Part shown: positions 29,183 through 40,061 of the stretch, piece by piece
How the letters are laid out: every line of letters starts with the position of its first letter
Position numbering within the stretch: position 1 is the stretch's first letter
DNA from: Candidatus Binatia bacterium
GTDB taxonomy: Bacteria; Desulfobacterota; Binatia; HRBIN30
Length of the DNA stretch: 64,000 nt
Direction: 5' to 3'
Assembly (NCBI GenBank): GCA_038245295.1
Contig: JBBRSP010000023.1
Span: forward strand, 23,957 to 87,956
Made by a program: the position numbers and the translations under genes
The notes under the pieces: generated by a model
What the model was told of the DNA's origin: nothing
The model's input: the letters and a program-made list of their open reading frames with translations, nothing else
Database searches by the model: none

Positions 29183-30631
29183 TCAATCCGCCTTCGCCGC
29201 CGCACGTGTCGCGGTGATCAACTCGTCGAGATCTTTGATGGTCGTCGCCGGGTTGATGATCGTGGTGCGTAGGTAAAGTCCGTCACGCAACTGCGTCTGC
29301 ACGATGTAGAACGAGCCGTCCGCCAGCAACCGCTCGCGGATGCGACGCTGCAGCATGTCGAGATCAACAGCTCCAGCCGGCGCGTAGCGGAAACAGACGA
29401 TGTTGCATTCCGGTTCAACCGCCACCTGAAAGTCGCCGCTGTCTCGCAGACGCTGCGCAAACTGGCGCGCCAACGCGATACGCCCGGCGACATAGCTGGA
29501 AAAGTATTCCTCGCCGTAAAGCGACAATGCCACATAAAGCTTGAGGCTCATCATACGCTTCGTGCACTCGAGGGTTCGCAGCCCGACATCGAACCAACGA
29601 TCTTCGGCCGTCCCTTCGGCAAACAGGTACGATGCGTTTTGGGCGAAGGCTTCGCGCGAGTGCCGGCCGTCGCGAAACAAGACGGCTGTGATGAGTGCGG
29701 GCATCAGCAGCATCTTATGGGCGTCCCAAACCACAGAGTCGGCACGCTCAATACCGCGCAAGGCGTCGCGGTGCTCGGGGCACAAGGCGATCGACGCTCC
29801 GTGAGCCCCGTCGACATGGAGCCATAGATCGTTCTCGTCGCAGAAGTCGGCGACCGCATCGAGCCGATCGAAGGCGCCTGTTGCCGTTGATCCGGCACTC
29901 GCCGCGACACCGATGACACGCAACCCCTGCGAATGAGCCCGGCGCAACGCATCTGCCAAGGCGGCGGGCCGCAACCGGTACCGCGCGTCCGTCGGCACGA
30001 CAACGACGCCGTTGGCCCCCCAACCCATGATCTGCGCCGAGCGTCGGACGCAGTAGTGTGTCTGGTCGGAGGCGAGAACCGCGAGCGGCGGTTGCTGCGC
30101 CTGGCCCTCGTTCCAGATGTCGAAGCCCGCCTTGGCCTGCCGCATGGCGAGGAGGGCGGTCAGGTTCCCTGAAGAACCACCGGAGGTCAGAACCCCGGCG
30201 GCCTGATCGCCCCAACCGAGAAGACCCGCCATCCATTCGAGAACACGGCGCTCCATGATGGTGACTACCGGCCCCATCTCGTAGACCGCCATGCCATTGT
30301 TGAGCAGCGCTGCCACCAGTTCGCACAACGCCGCTACGGGCAGCGGCGACGTTACCTGATGACCGATGTAGCGCGGGTGATGCAAATGATTCGAGCCGTC
30401 GATCACGCGCGATAAGAGCGCCATCAGCTCGCTCGGGCCGCTTCCTTTGAAGCCGGCGGGCCACGCCTGCGACACCTGGGCTGAACCAGCCGGAGGCAAG
30501 ACGGGTGTTGGCGGAGCCGTTGCCACGCGGGCCAGATAGTCTGCCAGGAGGTCGACAATCTCATGACCCTGACGGCGAAAACTCGCCGGATCGAATGGGT
30601 CGCCTGGCGGGATCTCGGCCCTCACAGACAT
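29183..30631 (-). CDS. Group II PLP-dependent decarboxylase (diaminobutyrate/aromatic amino acid decarboxylase-like)
   Basis: HHPRYIGHQ, TSGGS.GN, WLHVDGAHG, WDAHK; start MSVRAE at 30631. Confidence 0.9.
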   Translation of the reverse strand: MSVRAEIPPGDPFDPASFRRQGHEIVDLLADYLARVATAPPTPVLPPAGSAQVSQAWPAGFKGSGPSELMALLSRVIDGSNHLHHPRYIGHQVTSPLPVAALCELVAALLNNGMAVYEMGPVVTIMERRVLEWMAGLLGWGDQAAGVLTSGGSSGNLTALLAMRQAKAGFDIWNEGQAQQPPLAVLASDQTHYCVRRSAQIMGWGANGVVVVPTDARYRLRPAALADALRRAHSQGLRVIGVAASAGSTATGAFDRLDAVADFCDENDLWLHVDGAHGASIALCPEHRDALRGIERADSVVWDAHKMLLMPALITAVLFRDGRHSREAFAQNASYLFAEGTAEDRWFDVGLRTLECTKRMMSLKLYVALSLYGEEYFSSYVAGRIALARQFAQRLRDSGDFQVAVEPECNIVCFRYAPAGAVDLDMLQRRIRERLLADGSFYIVQTQLRDGLYLRTTIINPATTIKDLDELITATRAAAKAD

Positions 30632-31785
30632 GCGTACACGGCGTCGATCAGTTTGACGACGCGCGGATCGATCAACCAGACGCCGAGATGCAATTCGTTC
30701 ATCACATAACCGAAGCCAAGACGCGCATCGGGATCGGCGAATCCCATCGAGCCACCCATCCCGCCATGTCCGAACGGTCGGCCATTGGGCCCCAGTTTCT
30801 CCATGGGTGACGAGACAAAAAATCCCAAGGCGATCGAGGTATGAAGCGGCATCACGGCGTCGGGGCCGTCGACCTGCTTTTCGATGGCGCGATTGACGGC
30901 GTCGGCGCTCAGGATCGTTACACCGTCGCGGCTGCCGCCGTCGGCGAGTACGCCATAGAGCTTGGCAAGGGCGCGGGCGTTGGTGTGGCCGTTGGCGGCC
31001 GGAATTTCGGCGGCGCGCCATTCACGCCGGTTGGCCACATCAGGCGGCAGAACGGGATTGAGCAGCGTCTTGGCGCGCACACCCTCCGGATCGGCCAATA
31101 CCTGACTCATCATCTCCATCTGACTCAAGTCCGGCAGCTGCGGCGGCATCAGCGGCGCGACTCGCGCGTCGAGCTCGGCCGCCAGGCCGATGTGAGCATC
31201 CAACCCAAGCGGTCCGGCAACCTCTTCCTTGAAGTACGTGCCGACACTCTTGCCACTGACGCGCCGAATGACTTCACCCACCAGCCAACCGTAGGTCAGG
31301 GCATGGTACCCATGCTTGGTGCCTGGCTCCCACCATGGCTTCTGTGCGGCGAGGGCGCTCGTCATGCGTTCCCAGTCGTACAGCGCCTCCGTTGGCAGGA
31401 ACTCGCTGACCGCCGGAAGGCCGGCTTGATGGCTGAGCAGGTAGCGAACCGGCAGATTGTCTTTGCCCGCCTGCGCGAACTCGGGCCAGTAGCGTGCGAC
31501 AGGCGCGTCGAGGTCGAGTTTGCCCTGGTCGGCCAGGCGGTGCGCGCAAATTGCCGTCAGCCCCTTGGTGGTCGAAAAGACGTTGGCGATGGAATCGCGC
31601 TGCCACGGCTGCGTGTGTTCGCTGTCCGTGTACCCGCCCCAGATGTCGACGACGCTGCGCCCATCGACCGTCAGCGCCAGGCACGCGCCGGTCTCCCCCA
31701 AGGTTGAAAAGTTCTCGAGGAAGACTTCGCGGACTCTGGCAAATTTCGCATCACACTGGCCTTCGATTCGCGGCTGTTTACCCAT
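30622..31785 (-). CDS. Serine hydrolase, beta-lactamase/esterase family
   Basis: SxxK (FSTTK), LLSHQAG, YH, FGHGGMGGS. Confidence 0.93.
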   Translation of the reverse strand: MGKQPRIEGQCDAKFARVREVFLENFSTLGETGACLALTVDGRSVVDIWGGYTDSEHTQPWQRDSIANVFSTTKGLTAICAHRLADQGKLDLDAPVARYWPEFAQAGKDNLPVRYLLSHQAGLPAVSEFLPTEALYDWERMTSALAAQKPWWEPGTKHGYHALTYGWLVGEVIRRVSGKSVGTYFKEEVAGPLGLDAHIGLAAELDARVAPLMPPQLPDLSQMEMMSQVLADPEGVRAKTLLNPVLPPDVANRREWRAAEIPAANGHTNARALAKLYGVLADGGSRDGVTILSADAVNRAIEKQVDGPDAVMPLHTSIALGFFVSSPMEKLGPNGRPFGHGGMGGSMGFADPDARLGFGYVMNELHLGVWLIDPRVVKLIDAVYACL

Positions 31786-31985
31786 CGTCGACTCCTCCGT
31801 CGCTGGCGTTGATACCTGCCAATCGTGCCAATTCCTAGCTCAGCATGGCGCTCGGCAGGAGTTGGCGGACAACTCGATGGCCCTTCGACACTCAGACGGC
31901 AACACGATGGCGCTGCGTGACAGGAGTAGTCCTCCTCTGCGGACACTCCCCTAGGCATCGCCACGCCGCGGTGATCGTCCCTCCG

Positions 31986-32002
31986 TTGGCACGACGCTCG
32001 CT
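31986..32002 (+). promoter_or_regulatory. Sigma54-like -24/-12 motif upstream of the GH44 gene
   Basis: TTGGCACG-ACGC-TCGCT (GG-N10-GC). Confidence 0.4.
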
Positions 32003-32010
32003 ATAGATCC

Positions 32011-35000
32011 GTGATGCTTCCGCGTCTCGTCGCAACTGTCTGTCTTTTCTCGGTGCTGCTCTTTGGTGCAGCGATCGATGCCCGCGCCGACTCCCTGGTC
32101 TACGACAACAGCCTGGCCTCTCCCTGGCAAGATTGGTCTTGGGACCCAATCACTCGCAATCTGGCCCAGACCACCGTCGTCCACGGCTCTCCGACTGCGA
32201 TCTCTGTGCTCTTTACCGGCGGCTGGAGCGGCTTGCAGTTCGGTCGCAATGCGGCACTCGATGTCAGTGCGTTCGACAGCTTGCATTTCTTCGTGCACGG
32301 CGGTCCTAGCGGCGGTCAGAACCTGCGCGTCACCATCGGCAATGCCAGCACGTCGCTGGACTTCGCCCTCACACCAACGGCGGGCCAATGGACCGAAGTG
32401 AATGTCCCATTGCTGGCTCTCGGCTCGCCGCGCTCCGTGACGTACCTGTACTGGTTCAACAACACGGCGGGTTCCCAGCCGATTTTCTACCTCGATGATA
32501 TTGTGTTCACGCAGGCCGGCTTACCGACCCCGACCCCTGTGCCGCCCGGGCAAGCGCCGCGCTTGCGTGTCGACGCACAGACGGCTCGCCACCCGATCAG
32601 TCCGTTGATCTACGGCATGAACTTCGCCGATGAGACCTTGGCGAGCGAGCTCCACCTGCCGCTCAATCGTTGGGGTGGAAACGCGACAACCCGCTACAAC
32701 TATCTCTTCGACACCTCGAATCACGCCTTCGATTGGTTCTTCGAAAATATTCCCGATGACAACCCGAACCCTCAGCTCTTGCCCAACGGATCAACCACCG
32801 ATCGCTTCATCCAGCAGAACCGCCGCACCGGCACCGATACGCTGCTCACTGTCCCGCTGATCGGCTGGACGCCGAAGTCGCGGGTTCGGTTGTGCGGCTT
32901 CAGCGTCCTGAAGTATGGCGCGCAGCAGTCGACCGATCCCTACAACGCCGACTGCGGGAATGGCGTGCGTACCAACGGAACACGCATCACCGGCAACGAC
33001 CCGCACGATACCAGCACCGCGATCGGGCCGGATTTCGTGCAGGGCTGGATGAGCCATCTGGCGTCGCAATTCGGCGACGCGGCCAGCGGTGGTGTGCGTT
33101 TCTACAACCTCGACAACGAGCCGATGCTGTGGAACGACACGCACCGCGACGCGCATCCGTCGGCGACCAGCTATGACGAGATGCGCGATCGTACGTTTGC
33201 TTACGCCTCGGCGATCAAACTCACCGATCCGACGGCGCGCACCTTCGGGCCGGCGGAATGGGGTTGGTCCGGCTACTTCTGGTCGGCTCTCGATGCCGCT
33301 CCCGGCGGTGCCTGGTGGAACAATCCGCAGGATCGATTGGCGCATGGCAACGTGCCGTTTGCCGACTGGTACCTGCAACAGATGCACACCTACGAGCAGC
33401 AGCACGGCACCCGCATCCTCGATTACTTCGATCTGCACTACTATCCGCAGTCGTCGGGCGTCTCCCTCTCCGGCGCCGGTGATGCCGCGACGCAAGCTCT
33501 GAGGCTGCGCTCGACGCGATCGCTGTGGGATCCCACCTATGCGGACGAGAGCTGGATCGGCGAGGTGGTTCGCCTCCTGCCACGCATGCGAGATTGGGTG
33601 CAGAATAACTATCCCGGCACCAAGATCGCGATCGGCGAGTACAACTGGGGCGCCTATGACCACATCAACGGTGCCTTGGCCCAAGCCGATGTCCTCGGCA
33701 TCTTCGGACGCGAGAGCCTCGACGCTGCCACCCTATGGACCGCGCCGTCGACTGCTCAGCCGGTCACGTATGCGTTCCGCATCTTCCGCAACTACGACGG
33801 AGCGGGGGCCACATTCGGGGATACCTCCGTGTCGGCCATCAGCGACGATAGCGGTAGTCTCTCTTTGTTTGCCGCCGAGCGCAGCACCGATCATGCGCTG
33901 ACAATCGTCGCCATCAACAAGACCGCCGCGCCGCTCAATGGATCCGTCGAGGTAGCCGGAATTGCCGCGTCTGCCCCGGCGCGCCTTTACCACTACAGCA
34001 GTGCCAATCTCGGTTCGATTGTGCGCGACCCGGATGTCCCCGTGACGGCCGGCGCCCTGGTGACCTCGTTCCCGGCCAACTCGATCAGCCTGTTCTTACT
34101 GAGCGCCGCTGCGGCGGCGACACCGACCTTTACGAGCACACCAACCGTGGCTCGAACCGCGACCCAGACTCCGACACGCAGCGCCACCGTCGGCGTCGGG
34201 CCGGGTATCGCCGGGTCGATTCATGCCCAGGGAACGAATGCCGCCGTGCCGGATGTGCAGATGACGCTGCGCGGTGCCACGCCGTCGTCGCAGCTGACCG
34301 ATACACTCGGCACGTTCGGTTGGCCGGCATTGAGCGCCGGTAACTGCGAGATCGAGCCAAACAAGGTCGGCGGCGGCAACGCCAACATTACCAGTCTCGA
34401 CGCCGTGCTCGCGCTGCAGGCTGCCGTGTCGTTGTATACGCCGGACGCCTTGCAACGTGTGGCGTGCGACGTCAACGGCAATGGCGCGATCTCGTCCATC
34501 GATGCCGTGCTGATTCTGCAGTATCGCGTCGGCATGATCACCTCGTTCCCCGCCGCGGTCCGGTGCGGTAGCGACTGGGCGTTCCTGCCGCTCGTGACGG
34601 CTTCCGCCGATGTTCAGCCAATTCCTCCTGCGGTAACAGCGACCAGCTGCCAGCCGGGTAAGGTGATCTACGCGCCCTTGGCGGGTCCCCTTGCCGGCCA
34701 GGACTTCCGCGCCATGCAGTTCGGCGATTGCGCCGCCAGTTGGCAACCCTCCGGACAGGCTGCCGCGATCCGAAACGCGGCTACTCCCAAGCTCGGTGCG
34801 CCGATGCGACGCGGGCGCCGCTGGATCGTTCCCGTTCAGATGGCGGTCGTTTCGGGAGCCAATACCTTCGAGGCTGAGGTGCAATACGACGCTGATCAGT
34901 TCACCGTGGCCGGCGTGCGGAAACGCGCCGCCCAGTCCCTGTTGCTGGCGTCGAACTCCGTCGGTTTAGGTCATTTGCGGATCGCGGCAGCCTCAGCTTC

Positions 35001-35103
35001 TGGGATCGAACCGTCAGATCGCCTCTACATCGAGCTGCGGGCGAAGGGGAGTGCCGGAGTGCCGCGATTGCGGTTGCTCCGTGCGCGTGGTTGGGGCGGT
35101 TGA
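32011..35103 (+). CDS. Secreted GH44 endoglucanase/xyloglucanase with CBM-like, dockerin-like and C-terminal cohesin-like modules
   Basis: RWGGN, LDNEP, GEYNWG (GH44); T/P linker; CDVNGNGAISSIDAVLILQ; C-terminal VPV....F...VQYD...G.LRIA. Confidence 0.88.
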   Translation: MMLPRLVATVCLFSVLLFGAAIDARADSLVYDNSLASPWQDWSWDPITRNLAQTTVVHGSPTAISVLFTGGWSGLQFGRNAALDVSAFDSLHFFVHGGPSGGQNLRVTIGNASTSLDFALTPTAGQWTEVNVPLLALGSPRSVTYLYWFNNTAGSQPIFYLDDIVFTQAGLPTPTPVPPGQAPRLRVDAQTARHPISPLIYGMNFADETLASELHLPLNRWGGNATTRYNYLFDTSNHAFDWFFENIPDDNPNPQLLPNGSTTDRFIQQNRRTGTDTLLTVPLIGWTPKSRVRLCGFSVLKYGAQQSTDPYNADCGNGVRTNGTRITGNDPHDTSTAIGPDFVQGWMSHLASQFGDAASGGVRFYNLDNEPMLWNDTHRDAHPSATSYDEMRDRTFAYASAIKLTDPTARTFGPAEWGWSGYFWSALDAAPGGAWWNNPQDRLAHGNVPFADWYLQQMHTYEQQHGTRILDYFDLHYYPQSSGVSLSGAGDAATQALRLRSTRSLWDPTYADESWIGEVVRLLPRMRDWVQNNYPGTKIAIGEYNWGAYDHINGALAQADVLGIFGRESLDAATLWTAPSTAQPVTYAFRIFRNYDGAGATFGDTSVSAISDDSGSLSLFAAERSTDHALTIVAINKTAAPLNGSVEVAGIAASAPARLYHYSSANLGSIVRDPDVPVTAGALVTSFPANSISLFLLSAAAAATPTFTSTPTVARTATQTPTRSATVGVGPGIAGSIHAQGTNAAVPDVQMTLRGATPSSQLTDTLGTFGWPALSAGNCEIEPNKVGGGNANITSLDAVLALQAAVSLYTPDALQRVACDVNGNGAISSIDAVLILQYRVGMITSFPAAVRCGSDWAFLPLVTASADVQPIPPAVTATSCQPGKVIYAPLAGPLAGQDFRAMQFGDCAASWQPSGQAAAIRNAATPKLGAPMRRGRRWIVPVQMAVVSGANTFEAEVQYDADQFTVAGVRKRAAQSLLLASNSVGLGHLRIAAASASGIEPSDRLYIELRAKGSAGVPRLRLLRARGWGG

Positions 35104-35135
35104 CCTGCCGCGGCGCGCAAGACTAACCAACGAGC

Positions 35136-35912
35136 ATGCCGTTTCTGCAGCTCGACGATGCCCGACTCTATTATGAAGTTCATGGCCCCGCCGATGCACC
35201 GCCCCTCGTGTTCGCACACGGCGCCGGTGGCAACCACCTGTCGTGGTGGCAGCAGGTACCACATTTCAGCAAAGGGCATCGCTGCCTGACCTTCGATCAC
35301 CGCGGCTTTGGGCAGTCGGTAGAAACGAGCGGAGCTCGCGGCGGTGCGGCCTTCACCGATGATCTGCTGGCGCTGATGGATCATGTTGGCATGGCGTGCG
35401 CCACACTGGTGGCGCAATCGATGGGTGGATGGACCTGTCTGCATCTGGCGCGGCGGTATCCCGAACGCGTCGATCGACTCGTCATGTGCGACACACACGG
35501 CGGCGTGATGAGCGAAGAGATCGGCGCGGCGTGGATGCAAGGAGTGAACGCGATGAGCGCGTTGCCGCCCGGGGTTCACCCGGCTGCCGGTATGCGCATG
35601 GCAACCGAACAGCCGGCGCTGCATTTTCTCTATACCCAGATCAACGGCCTCAGTGCCGAACGCGCGCCGCACGAGCTCATGCAGATCCTCGCGGCCGCCG
35701 GCACCCTGAGCCCCGAGGCTGTGGCGGGTATTACATTGCCGGTTCTGTTCATCGTTGGAGAAGAGGACATGGTGATCCCGCCACACGTCTGTGAACTCGC
35801 CGCCGCGCTATTCCAGAGCTCGAAGATCGTGCGAGTCGAACACGCCGGACATTCGGTCTATTTCGAGCGCGCCGCCGAGTTCAACGTCATCCTCGATCAC
35901 TTTCTACGTTGA
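35136..35912 (+). CDS. Alpha/beta hydrolase
   Basis: HGAGG, DHRGFG.S, AQSMGG nucleophile elbow, AGH. Confidence 0.92.
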   Translation: MPFLQLDDARLYYEVHGPADAPPLVFAHGAGGNHLSWWQQVPHFSKGHRCLTFDHRGFGQSVETSGARGGAAFTDDLLALMDHVGMACATLVAQSMGGWTCLHLARRYPERVDRLVMCDTHGGVMSEEIGAAWMQGVNAMSALPPGVHPAAGMRMATEQPALHFLYTQINGLSAERAPHELMQILAAAGTLSPEAVAGITLPVLFIVGEEDMVIPPHVCELAAALFQSSKIVRVEHAGHSVYFERAAEFNVILDHFLR

Positions 35913-36025
35913 CACCGTCGCCCTGACAGCACAGCGCGGAGAAAGCGCTGGACTGGAAATGCTTTCCGCTGCACAAGGATTTACGTCATACGGAGAGCGG
36001 GGCGCGACTCGCATTCCGCGGCCCT

Positions 36026-36604
36026 GTGGCGGTTACCGGGCTGAGCGGCCAACTACGCCTGTCGACGCACGCCAACGTTCGTCTCCGAGCCACTCTGACG
36101 CTGATGCCGACGATGGGCGGTGGCGGCGGCGGTGGTCGAACTGCCGCCGGGGCAGCCCTGTTCTTGCAAAACTGCTCGGGTTGTCACGGCACCGATGCGC
36201 ATGGGCTTGGCGGACGGCCGGACATTCGCTGCACCGCGAGCAGCCGCATCTACAACGCGATGCGCACCGGACGCGGCAATGGCTTGATGCCGGTGTTTGC
36301 GGCAAGTGCGGTCCCTGATGCCCAGGTGGAACAGATCGTCTCCTACCTGGGATCGCTGTGCGACGGCACTCCGGCCGGCAATTTCCGATCCAATTGCGTG
36401 ACCTGTCACAGCGCCACCGCCGGCGGTGGTGTGAATGCCAACGGTGTGCACGGGCCGAATATCCGCTGCACGGGCACCAATGACTTTCTCGAGAAAGTTC
36501 AAGTCGGCAGCGATGCCATGCCGCCGTTTCGAGAGTTCACAACGACGGACATCGAGGCGATCGCCAGCTACGTCCAGCAGGATTTCTGCCCGCTCGGGGA
36601 TTGA
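36026..36604 (+). CDS. Diheme c-type cytochrome, probably 5'-truncated
   Basis: CSGCH and CVTCH, each followed by MP; no signal peptide or RBS. Confidence 0.65.
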   Translation: MAVTGLSGQLRLSTHANVRLRATLTLMPTMGGGGGGGRTAAGAALFLQNCSGCHGTDAHGLGGRPDIRCTASSRIYNAMRTGRGNGLMPVFAASAVPDAQVEQIVSYLGSLCDGTPAGNFRSNCVTCHSATAGGGVNANGVHGPNIRCTGTNDFLEKVQVGSDAMPPFREFTTTDIEAIASYVQQDFCPLGD

Positions 36605-36611
36605 CCGTCCG

Positions 36612-37073
36612 TCAATGCTCTGGGGCGGGCAGCGATGAGACGGGTTCGTCGAGTTGTAAGATGACGCGCACCGAGTCGTCCGCCTCGCTGAGCCAGACGT
36701 AGCCGATGGCGTTCACATCGGCGGCAACATAACGCTTTACCGCATCGCTCGATGACAAAGTCATCGGCGGGAAGGAGCCGTGGAAATATTGGTCGTTCCA
36801 ATAGTCGGCGAACGTCGGGCTGCCACCGCCGAGGACACGACGCGAGAACGTCTCGCGTGGGATACTTCCCGCCTCGCGGTTGATCGGCACGACAGGGGTG
36901 CCATCCTCCCAAAAGCGCCGTTTCTTGAGGTAGACGTTGCTCAGGTCATGGACTGTCAGCGCAGCGCGACGATCGCGGTGGATGATGACGGCGATCGTCG
37001 AATCGGCCGCCGGTGCCGATGTCGCGAGGACGGCACTGATCAGGAGACTAGCGATGGCGGCAAGTCGGCGCAT
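36612..37073 (-). CDS. Small exported protein, phosphate-ABC substrate-binding-like fold
   Basis: Signal peptide; YLKKRRFW.DG....P.N; V.RYVA...NAIGYV. Confidence 0.78.
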   Translation of the reverse strand: MRRLAAIASLLISAVLATSAPAADSTIAVIIHRDRRAALTVHDLSNVYLKKRRFWEDGTPVVPINREAGSIPRETFSRRVLGGGSPTFADYWNDQYFHGSFPPMTLSSSDAVKRYVAADVNAIGYVWLSEADDSVRVILQLDEPVSSLPAPEH

Positions 37074-37074
37074 A

Positions 37075-38208
37075 TCAAAACAGGATGGCAAACGACGCCT
37101 TGACGCCGGGCGGCGACTCGTCGGCGCGGTGGTCGGCCAGCAGATACTCACCCTTCACCACGACATACGGAACCGGTTTGTACGCCAGTCCTAGAATGAA
37201 AAGGTTTACCTCGGGTTGCGGCGCGCGCTGATCGAAGTGCTCGTAGCGGCCGACGAGATGCAAATGCGGGCACACTTCGAGCGCACTCTGGAGGTAGAGC
37301 CCCCATTGGTTGCCGATCCCCGATGGCGCACCGACGTAGGCGAACTCACCCATGAGCTCGAGCGGACCATGCTGCCAGGCCATGTCGAGCCCGCCGAGAT
37401 GCTGCCACTGCCCCGTGTCGGTGAAGCTGAAATAGGACGCGCCGACGCTGGCGCCACGATCGCTGCCGTACTCGAGGCGGGCGCCGACGCTGTGGTCGGC
37501 TGGTTGAGGCACATGCGACTCGGCGGCGATCGGATTGAGGAACTGACCATAGAGTGTGTAGGTCAGGCTGCCGACCGCAGGGAAGAACGAGCCAAACAAC
37601 ATGGCACCGTTGCTTTGCTTGGCGAACGCCAGGGAGGTGACCAGGGGGCGCGAGGTGGTCCACACCAAGGGCTGCGCGTGGATGACGTTCCACCGGCCGA
37701 CCGGTGTCAGGAACTGACCGAAGCGCACGTTGAGGTTGTCGGAGGCAGCGAAATCGCCATACAGGCGCTCGACCACGAAGGTTTTCTCGTTGGTGCCGCC
37801 ATGGCCGTGATCATCGACGAGGAAGAGGTCTTCGACCTCTTGCTCCGTGAACAGGTGGAAACGCGGCGTCGGATCCCACACGAGGAAGAAACTAAGATCG
37901 TCGAGGCCGAGACGCGCCGGGCCGCCTTCATCACGCTCCAAATTGAGATTGGAATAACCACCCAGGCTGAACCCCGTATCACCAAGGTGCAGTCCGCGGC
38001 CCGGCGTGTAGGCGAGGGCGGCGACCGGCGCGGAAACAGATACCGGCGCTGCCGCGACGATATCGAGGTCGCTGTCCTGGTCCGGCACATCACGCGCGGC
38101 GCTTGCCCGGGAGCCGAGGAGAATCGTCGCGACAATCGCAAGGATGAGAATGCGGCCGGCTCCCGTGTACAGACTCGCAGTAGCAGTGGAGTGGCGCGTG
38201 CCTTGCAT
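37075..38208 (-). CDS. Outer-membrane beta-barrel protein (porin-like)
   Basis: Signal-like segment; alternating strands; RFGQFLTPVGRWN..H; C-terminal Phe. Confidence 0.78.
   Translation of the reverse strand: MQGTRHSTATASLYTGAGRILILAIVATILLGSRASAARDVPDQDSDLDIVAAAPVSVSAPVAALAYTPGRGLHLGDTGFSLGGYSNLNLERDEGGPARLGLDDLSFFLVWDPTPRFHLFTEQEVEDLFLVDDHGHGGTNEKTFVVERLYGDFAASDNLNVRFGQFLTPVGRWNVIHAQPLVWTTSRPLVTSLAFAKQSNGAMLFGSFFPAVGSLTYTLYGQFLNPIAAESHVPQPADHSVGARLEYGSDRGASVGASYFSFTDTGQWQHLGGLDMAWQHGPLELMGEFAYVGAPSGIGNQWGLYLQSALEVCPHLHLVGRYEHFDQRAPQPEVNLFILGLAYKPVPYVVVKGEYLLADHRADESPPGVKASFAILF
38192..38207 (+). promoter_or_regulatory. Sigma54 -24/-12 promoter upstream of the HK-RR pair
   Basis: TGGCGCG-TGCC-TTGCA. 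Confidence 0.6.
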
Positions 38209-38255
38209 AGTAGTGAAGAGGTCGTGACACTACGCAAGCACCGGGATCGCCGCAA

Positions 38256-40061
38256 GTGAAAAGTCTTCGCCGTCTATTTTCGTCGCTCCGCGCCAAGCTC
38301 CTCCTCTTTTCGTTGCTCCTCGTGGTGGTGCCCGGCGCACTGTTCGCGATTGTCGCGACCGTGAGTGCGCGCCACGCGTTGGAGAATGCGGTCGGGCGCC
38401 AACTCGCCGAGGTGGCGCATGATGCCGCCGCCGAGCTGGCGGAGTTGCTGGTGCGTGAGCGTGCCACCCTGGCGACGTGGGCGCGTCAGGACCTGATGCG
38501 TGAGATCGTCGTTGGGGATGTCGACAAGCGTATCGCGCGGTTCCTTACGGCGCTTCAGGGAACCGAAACCGGGTACCTCGAGCTGCTGTGCACCGACGCC
38601 GGCGGCCGCGTCGTCGCCGCCACCGATCCACAACGCGTTGGTCAGAGTTACGTCGACGAGGAATGGTATCTGCGGGCCCTGCAGGGGCAGGAGTTTCTCG
38701 CCGGGCCGTTTCCGCAGGGCGTCGATACGTCATCGGTGCTGTACATTGCGGCGCCGATCTACGATCCGGAGACGCCGAACGTCGTTCTGGGAGCTCTCCT
38801 TGGCACCTACGATTGGGGCCGCGCCGTGGCCCTCGCCGAGCGTCTGCGCAAGAGTTCGGCGACGCTCAAACTGACCGTCGATGTGCTCATTCTCGACGGC
38901 GACGGCGCGGTGATCGTCGAGACCCGCGGTGACACGTTCCCGACACGTCGGGGGCAGAACCTACGCCTGGCGGGATGGCTGGCGGCACAGTCACCGACGC
39001 CGCACTTGCGTCCACGGTTTGTCTACGAACCGCAAGCGCAGGCTCTGGTAGGCTTCGCCTCGCTGAAGGCTCCGGAGCCGCACTGGCGGGCTTTGGTGCT
39101 GCAGCCGCTGCATGAGGCGCTGGCGCCGGTCTATCAGCTGCGTCGCCGCCTGCTGCTGCTCCTGGCCGCCGTCCTGCTCGCCGGTGTTGGTGTCGCGGTG
39201 CTGCTTGCCGAGCGCGTCACTCGGCCGGTGCGCGAGTTGACGCGGGCGACGCAGGACATCGCCCGCGTCGGACAGGCCCGTCGACCCGTCAGCGTGCGCT
39301 CGCATGACGAAATCGGTCAACTGGCACACGCGTTCAACACGATGGGACGTCAGCTCAAGCGGGCCAACGACGACTTGCTCGAGGCGGCCAAGTTCGCCTT
39401 TGTCGGCGAGGTGGCCGCCGGCATCGCTCACGAGGTGCGCACGCCGCTTGGGATCCTGCGCAGCTCGGCACAACTCCTTGGTCGTTCGCTGCCCGCCGAT
39501 CGTGCCGACAGCGCCGAGCTCGTCGAGATGATCATCAGTGAAGCCGACCGCCTGGACGGCGTGGTCGCCGGCTTGCTCGAGCTGGCGCGACCGCGGCAGC
39601 CGCTGATCGAAGCAACGCCTCTTGCTACCGTCTTGAATCGAGCTCTCGACTTCGTCGAGGCGCGGGCCCGGGAGAAGGAGATCCACATCGAGCGCCAGCT
39701 CGCGACGGTGCAATCTCCCGCCCGGTGCGATCCCGATCAAATCTACCAGGTAGCTCTCAACCTGATCATTAACGCCCTGCAGATACTGCCGCGCGGCGGA
39801 CACATCACGGTGCGCACCCTGCCGCCCCATGGTGGGCGAGTCGGCTTTGCGGTCAGTGACGATGGCCCCGGCATTGCCAAGGAAATGCACGAACGCGTCT
39901 TCGCGCCGTTCTTCACTATGCGTGAAGGTGGTACCGGCCTGGGGCTGGCGCTAGTGCAGCGCATCGTGCACGCCCACCAGGGCCTCATCTCGCTGGAAAG
40001 TGAGTTGGGGCACGGCACGACCTTTACCGTTGAACTTCCGGAAGACGAGGTGACCTCATGA
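38256..40061 (+). CDS. Membrane sensor histidine kinase (Cache-HAMP-HisKA-HATPase)
   Basis: 2 TMs, HAMP (DEIGQLA..FN.M), AHEVRTPL, NLIINA, GTGLGL. Confidence 0.94.
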   Translation: MKSLRRLFSSLRAKLLLFSLLLVVVPGALFAIVATVSARHALENAVGRQLAEVAHDAAAELAELLVRERATLATWARQDLMREIVVGDVDKRIARFLTALQGTETGYLELLCTDAGGRVVAATDPQRVGQSYVDEEWYLRALQGQEFLAGPFPQGVDTSSVLYIAAPIYDPETPNVVLGALLGTYDWGRAVALAERLRKSSATLKLTVDVLILDGDGAVIVETRGDTFPTRRGQNLRLAGWLAAQSPTPHLRPRFVYEPQAQALVGFASLKAPEPHWRALVLQPLHEALAPVYQLRRRLLLLLAAVLLAGVGVAVLLAERVTRPVRELTRATQDIARVGQARRPVSVRSHDEIGQLAHAFNTMGRQLKRANDDLLEAAKFAFVGEVAAGIAHEVRTPLGILRSSAQLLGRSLPADRADSAELVEMIISEADRLDGVVAGLLELARPRQPLIEATPLATVLNRALDFVEARAREKEIHIERQLATVQSPARCDPDQIYQVALNLIINALQILPRGGHITVRTLPPHGGRVGFAVSDDGPGIAKEMHERVFAPFFTMREGGTGLGLALVQRIVHAHQGLISLESELGHGTTFTVELPEDEVTS

